64,000 bases of DNA from Candidatus Poribacteria bacterium (GTDB lineage: Bacteria; Poribacteria; WGA-4E; PCPOR2b), in assembly GCA_965218095.1 (NCBI GenBank), contig OZ244587.1, positions 96,001-160,000 of the forward strand, in the 5' to 3' direction. How positions within the stretch are numbered: the first letter of the stretch is position 1; every line of letters begins with the position of its first letter. The translations under genes and the position numbers were made by a program. Positions 48,331 to 58,346 of the stretch are shown here, in pieces. The notes under the pieces were generated by a model. The model saw nothing but the letters and a program-made list of their open reading frames with translations. It ran no database searches and had not been told where the DNA came from.

Positions 48331-48397
48331 GAGTTGGTCAGCCAACCATAAATTGGCCAATGTTTCGGGTAAAACTCCCTACACACGCGCTCGTGTT

Positions 48398-49567
48398 TCA
48401 ATCCGTAGCAATGCCAAGCTCGGATACGTCGATCTCGCCGGAGATGAATTTCGGGAGCAGCAGATCGCGGGTTTGGCGTAGGTTGGCGTTTTTAAGATCT
48501 AAAGCAACAATGTTATCAAAAATAGGTTCAATCATTTTGTTGAATCTGTCTAACAAACTTTGCGGAGGCGAAAGGGTTGGAATCCTATTCAGATTGTGTT
48601 GGTTAATCTTTGGCTGTGCGGTGCCTGTAATATAACTCGAAATGGCTACGTTGGACATGAACAAATAAAGAAAGTTTGTCGAAATCGGAGCTTTTCCTTG
48701 AACGACATGTGTATGATTATTTACCCAGAATTTACCAGTTACTAACTGTAGTACAGGCTTCCCATCTTCGGTAATAACACTGCCATCTTCCGCAATTAAT
48801 AAATACCTCCCATCAAATAGATAACCGTTGATATGATCTAAGATTTTAGCAGCACCATAATATGGATATTCACCTTGCATGGTGGATCTAGCCATCCCTG
48901 ACAGTGGTTTCCGCTGACGATCAAAGTTAAGGGAAACTTCGCCAAAGCTCTTTACCTCCCACCCCTGCGGTATCAACCCCAACTCCGACTCCACCATCTC
49001 CACCTGCTCATGTCTCGGAAAGCGGAACTCGACAAACCATTGTCGGTAGATTGTTTGCGCCATCTCCTCAAGGATCTTGATGCGGCGGGTGTTGTTTTCA
49101 ATCAAGTCGTCGTAGGGACTGAGGACTGCGGCGATTTTGCGTTGGATTTGGTAAGGTGGTAGGGATAATCTTATTGCTTTCAGATTTGCTTGCGATAGCT
49201 TAGGCTGTGCAGTTCCTGTAATATAGCCTGAGATATTAGCAGACTGGATATAGCTCATCAAAAAATAATCGTCAGCAACTCCGGGTATACCTTGAACAAT
49301 ATGAGCATGATTATTGACCCAGAATTTGCCGGATGCAAAGAAGGCGATAGGTGTCTTTCTTTCCACGAGGTTTGCGCCATCTTCAGAAATCAGCAAGTAT
49401 CCTCTATCGAAAATATAATCATCAATGTAATCAATAATTCCCGATGCCCCGTAATACGGATACTTTCCCTGCCTTTGACTTCTCTGCTTGGTACTCAAAG
49501 GTATGCGTTTGTGATCGTAGAGTTCAATCACTTCACCGAAAGTTGTCTCTGTCCACGAATCTGTCAT
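48398..49567 (-). CDS. hsdS: type I restriction-modification specificity subunit
   Basis: Two TRDs separated by PPYQIQRKIAAVLS...DDLIENN; C-terminal RDLLLPKFISGEIDV. Confidence 0.92.
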   Translation of the reverse strand: MTDSWTETTFGEVIELYDHKRIPLSTKQRSQRQGKYPYYGASGIIDYIDDYIFDRGYLLISEDGANLVERKTPIAFFASGKFWVNNHAHIVQGIPGVADDYFLMSYIQSANISGYITGTAQPKLSQANLKAIRLSLPPYQIQRKIAAVLSPYDDLIENNTRRIKILEEMAQTIYRQWFVEFRFPRHEQVEMVESELGLIPQGWEVKSFGEVSLNFDRQRKPLSGMARSTMQGEYPYYGAAKILDHINGYLFDGRYLLIAEDGSVITEDGKPVLQLVTGKFWVNNHTHVVQGKAPISTNFLYLFMSNVAISSYITGTAQPKINQHNLNRIPTLSPPQSLLDRFNKMIEPIFDNIVALDLKNANLRQTRDLLLPKFISGEIDVSELGIATD

Positions 49568-49619
49568 ACCGTCTCCCATACCGTCTCCTCCAAAATCATC
49601 ACGACATTCCTGATTTATT

Positions 49620-49880
49620 TGGGCTCGCAGTCTATAGATTTATCAATCAAGATCCCGTGAGGAAAAGTATTCCATTATGTCGGCATGAATCCGATAAAAA
49701 CCTGTGTGTTCAATCTTTTCATAGGATTCGGAGTGAGCATTATACGTTGTCTGCGCTTCACCCGCAACTCAAACTCAACTTCATAGGGCTTATCCCAATA
49801 GTCGGCCAAGCTATGCGTATCCCAAAAGTCGGCGATCTCCTCTAAGGTTGTGCGTTTGAGATGCTGGTGGCATGTACATC
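49620..49880 (-). pseudogene. CopG/BrnA-like antitoxin relic
   Basis: Manual translation TLEEIADFWDTHSLADYWD...EVEFEL, frameshifted. Confidence 0.5.
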
Positions 49881-49950
49881 GCCATCACCTTCAGTCGCCG
49901 CAAGGACAGGTGTGGAGGCCTGTCCTACAGCGATACTATTATCGGCTATG

Positions 49951-50997
49951 TTAGCGTGGGAGCGAGATTTGATTCGGAACGACAATTTCACCGGCAATGA
50001 TTCTTGCTTTCAGCGATTCAACGGTTTCTAAAATTTCGTCCGAAAGCAAAGATTGGTTGTGTTCATCAACGGCATAGCCGACTCCGCCATCTGCGAGTCC
50101 GAGGTATCGGACCCCTGCCATAAAATTGCTGTCAACGGTTTCACTGATGATTCCATACACAGAATCCTCAATCTGTTTGACCATGCTCGTCAAGACTATC
50201 CCGGGTGCGAGATGATTGCCATTGGAGTCAACCCAAATGACATATTTTTCCTGCTCTTGGGCGGCTTCAAGGATGCCCAGACCGGACCCGCCAGCAACGG
50301 CGAAAATGACATCAATTCCGCTCTCATATTGCGTTAACGCCATCTCTTTCGCCGTATCCGGCTGACTGAAACCACCTACATCCTCGCTGATGTATTCTAT
50401 GGAAACTGCCGCGTCTGGACTGACAGCCTGAACTCCGGCGATGTATCCGGCTTCAAATTCTTGTAATAAGGGGGCGTCCGCCCCGCCAATATAGCCAATT
50501 TTATCGCTCTCTGTTTTTAACGCGGCAATCGCCCCGACCAGAAATGAGCCTTCGTTTGCCTTATAGTTGATGGCGGCGACATTGGGAAGTTCAAGGACAA
50601 CATCAACAATTGCAAATTTGACATCGGGAAAGTCGGGCGCCACGCGAGAGAGCGGCCCGCCCATTTGGAAACCCGCAGTTAAAACGAGGTCTGAATTTTG
50701 AGCGGCCTCTCTTAACAGCATTTCTGTCACTACCGGATCGCTCTCCATTCCAATAACCTCGTTGAGGGTAATCCCGAGTTCTGCCTCCGCACGTTTTACT
50801 CCAATATAGAGACTGTCGCAGTAAGATGAATCCCCAACGCAATCGTCTGGATACATCATGGTTACGCGAATCGGCGCGGTATCCGGTCCGCTTGGCTGTT
50901 CAGAAAGGATGGCTTCCCGAACTAAGTCACAACTACAGATTAAAAATAGCCCTAGCGCCCAAAAGGGGTATTTTCTCAAGATGCTAAGATTTTTCAT
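49951..50997 (-). CDS. BMP family ABC transporter substrate-binding lipoprotein
   Basis: Lipobox ICSC; NEGSFLVG, KIGYIGG, IDVIFAVAGGSG and IWVDSN motifs. Confidence 0.9.
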   Translation of the reverse strand: MKNLSILRKYPFWALGLFLICSCDLVREAILSEQPSGPDTAPIRVTMMYPDDCVGDSSYCDSLYIGVKRAEAELGITLNEVIGMESDPVVTEMLLREAAQNSDLVLTAGFQMGGPLSRVAPDFPDVKFAIVDVVLELPNVAAINYKANEGSFLVGAIAALKTESDKIGYIGGADAPLLQEFEAGYIAGVQAVSPDAAVSIEYISEDVGGFSQPDTAKEMALTQYESGIDVIFAVAGGSGLGILEAAQEQEKYVIWVDSNGNHLAPGIVLTSMVKQIEDSVYGIISETVDSNFMAGVRYLGLADGGVGYAVDEHNQSLLSDEILETVESLKARIIAGEIVVPNQISLPR

Positions 50998-51229
50998 ATT
51001 TGCTCCTTATGGTTACGCGAATCGGCGCGGTATCCGGTTCGCTTGGTGGTTTAGAAAGGATGACTTTCTGTGAGGTGAAACCTAACGAAAACAATGTTTC
51101 GCCACTTCCTTGAAATGTTAGCACAAGCGCCAGATTATTGCAAGGGCTGCGGCAAACGCCATCTGCTGCGTGGATATCGCGGTTAGAGCACATCAGTAGA
51201 GGCAGAAGGTGGTTAGCTGGAACGTATTG

Positions 51230-52189
51230 TTATGTGATTGTTTCCAATGCCTGCTCTATTTCCGGCGTAAACACCTGTTTCAGTTTTAGCAGATTCTCAA
51301 TGTGCCATTCTCGAATTTCTTCTAACTCACTACCGGACGACTCAATGACACCATCACGATATACAGCAATCCTAGAAATTACATCTTTATCTTGGCGCTC
51401 CCATTCAAGTTCGCTACCAAAACTGGAGGTGATTTCTGCCTGCCGCTTTCTTAGAGCATCAAAGAGATTCTTGTTTTCTTTTTGGGATCCTTGACCGATG
51501 TATATGCCCGTCCGCACCTTCCCTCTCTGTGTAAACCTCACCTCATAATAAATAGACATCCCTTGAATGCCGGACGAAAAATAGTGGCGATTTCGTGGCT
51601 GGGCAGTACACGCTCCTGTGAAATTATGATTCTCGCTTAGTTCATCAATAAGTGCTTGGAAATATGCTTTATACTTCTCCCCTTTAGGCGATCTGTTCGT
51701 TGATTTACTCTGTCGCTGGGACTTTTGCCATTCATTGGGAAAGACGACCGGTTTGAAGTCAAAGGCTGGCTTTGAATCGTCGATTTTCAGGACTTCTACT
51801 ACGACAGCAAAAAAGTGTGTCTCTGTATCAGTTCTTTGATTTAACCATTCCAATGCTTGGCGGTGTTCATCCCTAATTACCTCGGAAATCCAAACGACAG
51901 TTGAAGCATCAAAGCCGGCAGCATAGGTAAGGAGCTTACCGAGATGGTCATGATCGGTTTGGGTCAACTGGTTTTCAATAATGACCGTTCTCGAGCTACC
52001 CAAGTCCTTGGCTAAAAGATCGAGAGAGAAATCACCGACTGACGCTTCTCTGTCTGTAATCTCCAGTTCAAGTCCAAGGACATTGCCCAACGCTTCGATA
52101 TTTGATGCCAGCCACGGTGTGAAGTCGTTCGGTTCATGTGACCATATTTCACGCAATGGGATTTTCTTCAATTCACCAAAGTTATTCAT
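51230..52189 (-). CDS. DUF4268 domain protein (endonuclease-like N-terminus)
   Basis: LREIWSHE...FTPWL, DLLA and IIENQL..TDHDHLGKLLTY motifs. Confidence 0.88.
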   Translation of the reverse strand: MNNFGELKKIPLREIWSHEPNDFTPWLASNIEALGNVLGLELEITDREASVGDFSLDLLAKDLGSSRTVIIENQLTQTDHDHLGKLLTYAAGFDASTVVWISEVIRDEHRQALEWLNQRTDTETHFFAVVVEVLKIDDSKPAFDFKPVVFPNEWQKSQRQSKSTNRSPKGEKYKAYFQALIDELSENHNFTGACTAQPRNRHYFSSGIQGMSIYYEVRFTQRGKVRTGIYIGQGSQKENKNLFDALRKRQAEITSSFGSELEWERQDKDVISRIAVYRDGVIESSGSELEEIREWHIENLLKLKQVFTPEIEQALETIT

Positions 52190-52253
52190 TTCGTCAGCTT
52201 CCTTTCATTCATGTAACTCTTGATTATGCGGAGTTTTGCATATAAACGGATGG

Positions 52254-52577
52254 TTAGGATTTTACACGCACCACTTGCCCATTTTTGAGCGTTTTCAACA
52301 CCACATTAACTTGAGAAATCAGCGGTGCGAGCTCTTCAAAACGGTTACTCTCAGCTTCCAGCAATACAATCCCCATATTAATCTCGCCCAAGTTTTGCTG
52401 ATTGGGAATGCCCCCATCCATTGTGATGAAGGCATCAAACTCAGCCGCAGCGATTCTCAACAGTTCACCATTCCCCTTTCCCCGCCAACCCCGATAGCCA
52501 ACTGTGACCGCTTCGATGTTGTCTTCAAAAAGTCGCCTCAGTTTGTAGGGCAGATTCTCATCACGCAGCACGCGCAT
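52254..52577 (-). CDS. DUF5615 family PIN-like toxin
   Basis: MRVLRDENL, GKGNGELL and FITMD...QQNL motifs; overlaps the upstream DUF433 gene. Confidence 0.85.
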   Translation of the reverse strand: MRVLRDENLPYKLRRLFEDNIEAVTVGYRGWRGKGNGELLRIAAAEFDAFITMDGGIPNQQNLGEINMGIVLLEAESNRFEELAPLISQVNVVLKTLKNGQVVRVKS

Positions 52578-52776
52578 CAGCGACCTCCAGCGTCAGTTTC
52601 AAGTACGCGACCACTTGCTCACGAGATACTGTTGGAAAGTCATCAAGGAACTGATTGAGTGAATCCCCTGCTGTTAGATGCTGAATCAAACTCTCAACCG
52701 GAACGCGGGTGCCAGCGAAAACCAGGGCACCATTTATCACCTTTGGGTTGCGCGAAACAATTTGTTCTTTCTTCAT
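52561..52776 (-). CDS. DUF433 family antitoxin
   Basis: RNPKVINGALVFAGTRVPV...GDSLNQFLDDFPTVSREQV; GGAG RBS before ATG 52776. Confidence 0.9.
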   Translation of the reverse strand: MKKEQIVSRNPKVINGALVFAGTRVPVESLIQHLTAGDSLNQFLDDFPTVSREQVVAYLKLTLEVADARAA

Positions 52777-52814
52777 TGGTGAAATCTCCTCGAATCCGAT
52801 ATAAGTCCTCCCCT

Positions 52815-55800
52815 TTAACTGGTCTGAAACTGACACAAATTGACATCCACCCACGTCACAGGGTATTGCTTCAAACTTTGCATCAACCCCTTGCGTTCGT
52901 ACATTTGCACGCGTTCCTGTTTTGCCGCACGATGCGCTTCTTTGGTAAACTCTCGATTCGTAATGACCACAGGTTGAAAGGTTGTATCGTATTTTTCTTC
53001 ATAAAATGGTTTTGCCGCGATAATCTCGTTCACAGCATCGTTTCCCGGTTTCGCACCCTCTTGACGCTGTTTGACCTGTATCAGAAGTCCAGAGTTTTCT
53101 CCCTGATGCGGGTGAGCGATGACATCCGCGCCTTTGTCGCCTGAATAGGGTGTTAAGCCAACGCGATATCCCTGCTTTTCAAAAAGAGCGGCAACAAAGA
53201 CCTCGAATGATTTAGGTTCCAGTCCGTCAATATCTTCTATCGTCAACGATGGACCACTTTCCTGTTCAGGTTGAGTTGGCTGCAAACGGGTTAGAATCTC
53301 TGCGGGTTTCACTTCGGCTCGTTCCGTTGGGAAGAGTGTGCCTTGTGAAAGTTCGCGTTTTCGTTCCAGAAGTTCGTGCAGGATGACATCAAATGTTTGA
53401 AACTCCGGATGGGTGGCCATTGGCAGGTAGATGTGCACGGGCCTCGTTTGTCCGATGCGGTAGACTCGGTCACTCGCCTGATCTTCTTTGGCGGGATTCC
53501 ACCAGCGGCTATAGTGAATGACATGGTTCGCTTCGGTGATGTTGAGACCAACGCCAGCGGCGAGTGGAGACATGATGATGGCGTTGAAACCCGGAATCGC
53601 TTGGAAACGATCAACAGCTTGTTGACGACTCATCTTCATCGAACTCTCCCTTTGTGTACTTCCTGGGGTATCGCCATTGACAATAGAAACGTTCTCCAAG
53701 CCGAACTGTTCTCGAATCACATGGGCTAAAAGATGTTGGGTCTTTCGACGTTCCGCGAACAGAATCACCTTTTCGTCTGCACGAGTGATCTTTTCAAGAA
53801 GTTTTACCGTCACTATAAGTTTTGCTGATTGTTCAATTAACGTAGGAATAGGAACTTGTTCCCACTGGGAATCGGCTAATAATGGATGGTCGGAGATGTC
53901 GCGTAGCTGGTGCAGCACTTGCAGGATACGGTTACGTGATGGCACCTCTGCTGATTCGCTCTCTTGTGTGGATTGAAGCGCAGCCTGATAGCGTCTCACC
54001 TGTTCAGATGGCATCTTTTCTTGGCACTCTTCGACATGGATATGTTTTTCGGGAAGTTCCTTGAGGATATCAGATTTTAACCGTCTTTTGAGATGAACGC
54101 CGATGCGCTCCCGAACCTGCTCACCGAGTGCGCGAATGTCAGTTTCAGGATTCTCAAGGGGAAGGCAAAAGTTACGGTTAAAACTTTTCGCACTGTCAAG
54201 ATAGCCCGGTGCAACAAAATCAGTAATACACCATAAATCCATCAATGAGTTTTCGACAGGTGTTCCCGTCAGTGCGAGCCGAAAATCGGTTTTGAGTGCT
54301 TTCAAGGCGTTTGTGACGAGCGTCCCCGGTGTTTTGATGCGTTGTGCTTCGTCAATGACAACGGTCGCCCACGGAATCAAGCCCAAATCCAACTGGAAGT
54401 CGCGGACGGTTTCATAGGTTGTTAGCACCAGATCGGCGGCTCGGAGGCGTTTGACATCAAGCGCACCGCGTCGTTTGCGTAATTCTTGGGGTGGTTCCGC
54501 ACCTTCAATTTCTGGAACATGGAGGTCAGGCGCGTCGGATAGCTCGCACTTGAAGGTTTGCAGTTCCTTTCCGTACAGTGTGATGAAATCCAGTACGCCT
54601 TTGTCAAAAAACTTCGGATATTCCGCCGCCCAATTTTCCAAAAGCGCGATTGGTGCAACGATCAGGTAGGGTTTTCGTTGTGATTCTTGCAAGCGAGATT
54701 TCGCATGATGCCATTCCAGAAAACAGAGCACTTGTAATGTTTTGCCAAGCCCCATGTCATCGGCGAGCAATCCACCGGGATATTTTTTCTCCCAAAGTTG
54801 CTGTGCCCACGCCAGCCCTTCCTCTTGATGCGGCAGAAGTTTACATTCCTGTTTCAGGTTTGGCGGGAGTTCGAGCAGATGCCGAAACGGTTCTTCGATC
54901 GGAGAACCAGATTTTTCAACGTAATCGGGATCCTCTATGTTTTCCTCAATAATTAAGACCGCAGTCTCCGATTTTTCATCCGGTGAGCGCGATGGCTTCT
55001 CCCGATGTTTGAGTTGCTTTTTGATAAAGGGGAGATGTTTCTCAACCTCGGAAACGGGAAGTTTTTTCCCTTCCCATGTTAGATGGGTTTGATCTGCCTG
55101 CTTTGCCGCCTCAATCGCCTGCTGAAGCTCCTCGAGCTCCGCATCGGTTTTAATCTGAATCTTCGTTTGTGTTTCAGACCCATCATCAACCAAGATACCG
55201 GGGATCCACTGACTTTTGTATGGTGAAACGAATGGATAAACCCTCGGTTGGTAGATGCCAATTTCACGGACGCGTTCACTGAAAGAGGGTGTTTCATCCG
55301 TCGGATCCAGTTCAACAACGTCAGGATCGAAATATGCTTGTGGCTCTTTCGCAATTTCTGCAAGTTGTTCGTGGGACACATAACGATAACGCTTAACGGT
55401 CTGCAAGGCTTCTCGCTGTTGCTCTTGGAAGAGAATGCGGGTTCGACCCCCATCAGGTTGAGGCAGATTATACGTGGTTTCAGGATTCGGAAATTTGTCA
55501 AAAACCTCTTCAAATTTTTCGCTGTCAACCCCAGCTACGTCAGGGATAATCCCAACGGTATCGCCTGACTCGCGTAGGCGCAAGCGAACGGTTTTCGGTG
55601 CGACAACCTCCTCTTGGTTCAGGTAAAGTTCTAGTTCAACCCCGGTTTGGTTCGCAAGCCCTTTGATTTTTGCAAATTCGAGCAGATTGGATTGAAAACT
55701 TTTGTCCACTGCTTCTCGTCTATTGAACGCGTCCAATTCCTCCAAAAGGACGAACTGTTCGTATGTGAGGAGATACGCCCACTTCTCTGTCAAGCGCAAT

Positions 55801-56204
55801 ATACAGCCGATCCGCTCTGGATGCAAGGACTTTCGATCCGGTTTCAGGAACTGATAATTGTACCGAAACTCCGGCTCGTTGAGCGTACCGAATGAGCGAA
55901 TCTCAAGATCGAACGGATACGGCTCTGGTAAACCGAGCAGCTCCTGTTCAACGGAATCGAGGCGACACACCTCATCAGATGGAAGGTGAATCCCCATGCC
56001 TGACGATTCTGCTTGGCCGTTATCGAACAACTCCTTGAGCAACAACCATTGTGCCTGCGCCTGATATGCCTCTGTTGGCAGATTGTCCGCGTATTCGGAC
56101 AGAGAAAGGTGGTCCGACGGAGCTATAAACTGAATGCCCGTCGGCCCCTCCTGCCAGTCAAATTGTAGCGATTCAGATTGACTTTTTCGGAATAGATTTA
56201 ACAT
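52815..56204 (-). CDS. zorD: Zorya protein ZorD (SNF2 helicase with C-terminal Mrr-like nuclease)
   Basis: LLADDMGLGKT, DEAQ, LTGTPVEN, GVGLN and QASDRVYRIGQ; C-terminal FE...GDKGADV...IQVK. Fourth gene of the operon. Confidence 0.88.
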   Translation of the reverse strand: MLNLFRKSQSESLQFDWQEGPTGIQFIAPSDHLSLSEYADNLPTEAYQAQAQWLLLKELFDNGQAESSGMGIHLPSDEVCRLDSVEQELLGLPEPYPFDLEIRSFGTLNEPEFRYNYQFLKPDRKSLHPERIGCILRLTEKWAYLLTYEQFVLLEELDAFNRREAVDKSFQSNLLEFAKIKGLANQTGVELELYLNQEEVVAPKTVRLRLRESGDTVGIIPDVAGVDSEKFEEVFDKFPNPETTYNLPQPDGGRTRILFQEQQREALQTVKRYRYVSHEQLAEIAKEPQAYFDPDVVELDPTDETPSFSERVREIGIYQPRVYPFVSPYKSQWIPGILVDDGSETQTKIQIKTDAELEELQQAIEAAKQADQTHLTWEGKKLPVSEVEKHLPFIKKQLKHREKPSRSPDEKSETAVLIIEENIEDPDYVEKSGSPIEEPFRHLLELPPNLKQECKLLPHQEEGLAWAQQLWEKKYPGGLLADDMGLGKTLQVLCFLEWHHAKSRLQESQRKPYLIVAPIALLENWAAEYPKFFDKGVLDFITLYGKELQTFKCELSDAPDLHVPEIEGAEPPQELRKRRGALDVKRLRAADLVLTTYETVRDFQLDLGLIPWATVVIDEAQRIKTPGTLVTNALKALKTDFRLALTGTPVENSLMDLWCITDFVAPGYLDSAKSFNRNFCLPLENPETDIRALGEQVRERIGVHLKRRLKSDILKELPEKHIHVEECQEKMPSEQVRRYQAALQSTQESESAEVPSRNRILQVLHQLRDISDHPLLADSQWEQVPIPTLIEQSAKLIVTVKLLEKITRADEKVILFAERRKTQHLLAHVIREQFGLENVSIVNGDTPGSTQRESSMKMSRQQAVDRFQAIPGFNAIIMSPLAAGVGLNITEANHVIHYSRWWNPAKEDQASDRVYRIGQTRPVHIYLPMATHPEFQTFDVILHELLERKRELSQGTLFPTERAEVKPAEILTRLQPTQPEQESGPSLTIEDIDGLEPKSFEVFVAALFEKQGYRVGLTPYSGDKGADVIAHPHQGENSGLLIQVKQRQEGAKPGNDAVNEIIAAKPFYEEKYDTTFQPVVITNREFTKEAHRAAKQERVQMYERKGLMQSLKQYPVTWVDVNLCQFQTS

Positions 56205-56209
56205 CGGAA

Positions 56210-57637
56210 CTACCTTGTGTTGTAATCAAACGACGATAACTCTAATTCCTCTAACTGATAACTTCGCAACGGCTCAATCTCCAGCTCACTATTTATCCAC
56301 GATGCCAATCTTTCTTGCCAAGAATAGTTCTCTGAATAGGAGTGACTCACACGATGTTTCGCCAACCGCTGATTACGTAACGTATTACGGGGATAAGTAT
56401 CCATCGTATACTCCGAGGCGTCCAAACGAAATGGTAGTTTGGAATTTTCATAGACATAGCACGCTGCATTTGTACTAAATTCGACAAAGGTATGGTCGCC
56501 CATCTGAATGATGAAAGCATGCTGATCACTGCTACCACCGTTTAGAGGCGCAATACTCTGTTTTTGCTCTTGGTAATAGGGATCGTTTCTAAACAGATAT
56601 TCGGCGTTTTGACGCAACACCGGACGACAGAAGGTAATGTGTTCAAGATACGCTAGCCAAAACGCTTTTCGGTAGGCAAATTTGTTATCGTCGCAGGCTT
56701 TGGCGACGACATCGAAAAAAAAGCGGAGATCCTCTTTTGTAATCCATCTCGTAAAAATCTGTTTCGCTTTATCAGGGACATCGCGCCAACGCACGGCCCC
56801 GCCAGTAATTCGTGGGTCACCCCATTCTCGAAGAACGTAGGATTGAAGGGGTTGCCGCAAGTGTTCAGACGCATCATATCCAAGGCTCTTAATAAGTTTG
56901 GACAAAACAGCACGGCTCGTTTTATCGTTATTGTGTTTTTCAACAAATTTGACAACATCTACAACAGTCTCCCGATCGGCGCGGCGGTTGGGCGGAATAT
57001 ACGCCTCCGCAACAACACCAAAGTAGGAATAGCTGTGCGTATGGTCGGGTAATTCGAGGATTGACCAGACATCTGACAGCTTTACCCGTGAACGCAGCAG
57101 CTTCATTTCAGCAAGTTGAGTCGCGCTGTTCTCCTCGCAATACCACATCATATTTGCTTTCAGTTTCTGAACAAATTTCCGACGCCCCTTGTAACCGATC
57201 AGATGTCTTCTGACAAACGCGCGCAGCCTCCCTGCATTTGGGGTATCCCATGCTTGCAACAGGGCATCGAAAACGCCGAGCAGTGCGCTGATGCGAAAAT
57301 GGTTTTCTATGAGCTGAAGTGCATCGCTAAGTTGCGGTGTGTCCACAATGCGAGGTAATCTACCTTCGGAGTAGGTAAGCGCCCATGCAAGTTGTCGGGT
57401 CCGTCTCAGTGAGTCAAATTCAGTGTGGAGCCTTCTGATTCGGTTCGCTTGGATGAAGCGGTGGTAAATCTGGCGAATAGTTTCCGGATCGGGCGGTTTG
57501 GACTTACCATCATGGTCTTTGACAATTTTTTCCAAAATAGCAAGTGTCTCTGGGGGGATTGCCATTGGCTTCGGCGCACGACGCGCGAATGCGCCGGCAT
57601 CAAAATCGAATTGAAGCAGCTTTTTAGCGGAATTCAC
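56210..57637 (-). CDS. zorC: Zorya protein ZorC (EH signature domain)
   Basis: WGDPR...W...DLRFFF...RKAFWLAY...FVEFS..AACY; located between zorB and the SNF2 gene. Confidence 0.85.
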   Translation of the reverse strand: MNSAKKLLQFDFDAGAFARRAPKPMAIPPETLAILEKIVKDHDGKSKPPDPETIRQIYHRFIQANRIRRLHTEFDSLRRTRQLAWALTYSEGRLPRIVDTPQLSDALQLIENHFRISALLGVFDALLQAWDTPNAGRLRAFVRRHLIGYKGRRKFVQKLKANMMWYCEENSATQLAEMKLLRSRVKLSDVWSILELPDHTHSYSYFGVVAEAYIPPNRRADRETVVDVVKFVEKHNNDKTSRAVLSKLIKSLGYDASEHLRQPLQSYVLREWGDPRITGGAVRWRDVPDKAKQIFTRWITKEDLRFFFDVVAKACDDNKFAYRKAFWLAYLEHITFCRPVLRQNAEYLFRNDPYYQEQKQSIAPLNGGSSDQHAFIIQMGDHTFVEFSTNAACYVYENSKLPFRLDASEYTMDTYPRNTLRNQRLAKHRVSHSYSENYSWQERLASWINSELEIEPLRSYQLEELELSSFDYNTR

Positions 57638-58335
57638 AGTTTCCCTCCGATAATGTTGTAGAGCAGTTTTTCTGCGTTTATCCGTACTCGAAATTCTACT
57701 CGTCTTGATTCTTCTGGAATTTCTCTGTCATCCGGATCGCGAATCAACTTGCTTGAAGATAAGCCGTTGGCAGTCAAGTGTCGCTTTAGCCAGTCCTTAA
57801 TCTTTTGACTTTGTCCGATTGATGAAATTTGCAACACATATTCGAGAACACTTCTGGTACGCCCCTGCGAAAGTTCCATATTACGGATATAAGCCGCTTC
57901 CGAGCTCACGCCCTGCCATTCGCTTGAAGTGTGTCCTTCAATCCGAATTTCCGCAATGTCATTGATGTATTTGTCCTTTCTTAAAATTTGGATATAGCGA
58001 GGGAAAAAATCATCCAATATGTTCTCAAAGGCAGGTCGAATCTCTGTTTTCCCTGGTTCAAAAAGCACTTCAGGTTCTTTGAACCTAATAGAAAGGGTTT
58101 GCTTATTCAAGAAGGCATTCCATTTATCAAGGTCTTTTTCAAACTCTTCCTTCAGGTCGTCGTGCAGCTCGGACTGTAACTTCGTGTAAGTATCAACGAT
58201 TTCCGACAAGTTCAACATGACGAAAGAGAGCAAAAGCACGAAGATCAGCAGCAACCCTGCCATCAAGTCGCCCAACGAAAGACTGAACGGATTTTCGTCT
58301 GAAAGCGTTTTAGATTTGGGAGACATTCTTCGCAT
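57634..58335 (-). CDS. zorB: Zorya protein ZorB (MotB/OmpA-like)
   Basis: Single TM with conserved Asp (SLGDLMAGLL); IEGHTSSEW, NMELSQGR and SRRVEFR motifs. Confidence 0.92.
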   Translation of the reverse strand: MRRMSPKSKTLSDENPFSLSLGDLMAGLLLIFVLLLSFVMLNLSEIVDTYTKLQSELHDDLKEEFEKDLDKWNAFLNKQTLSIRFKEPEVLFEPGKTEIRPAFENILDDFFPRYIQILRKDKYINDIAEIRIEGHTSSEWQGVSSEAAYIRNMELSQGRTRSVLEYVLQISSIGQSQKIKDWLKRHLTANGLSSSKLIRDPDDREIPEESRRVEFRVRINAEKLLYNIIGGKL

Positions 58336-58346
58336 TATCTACTGCC

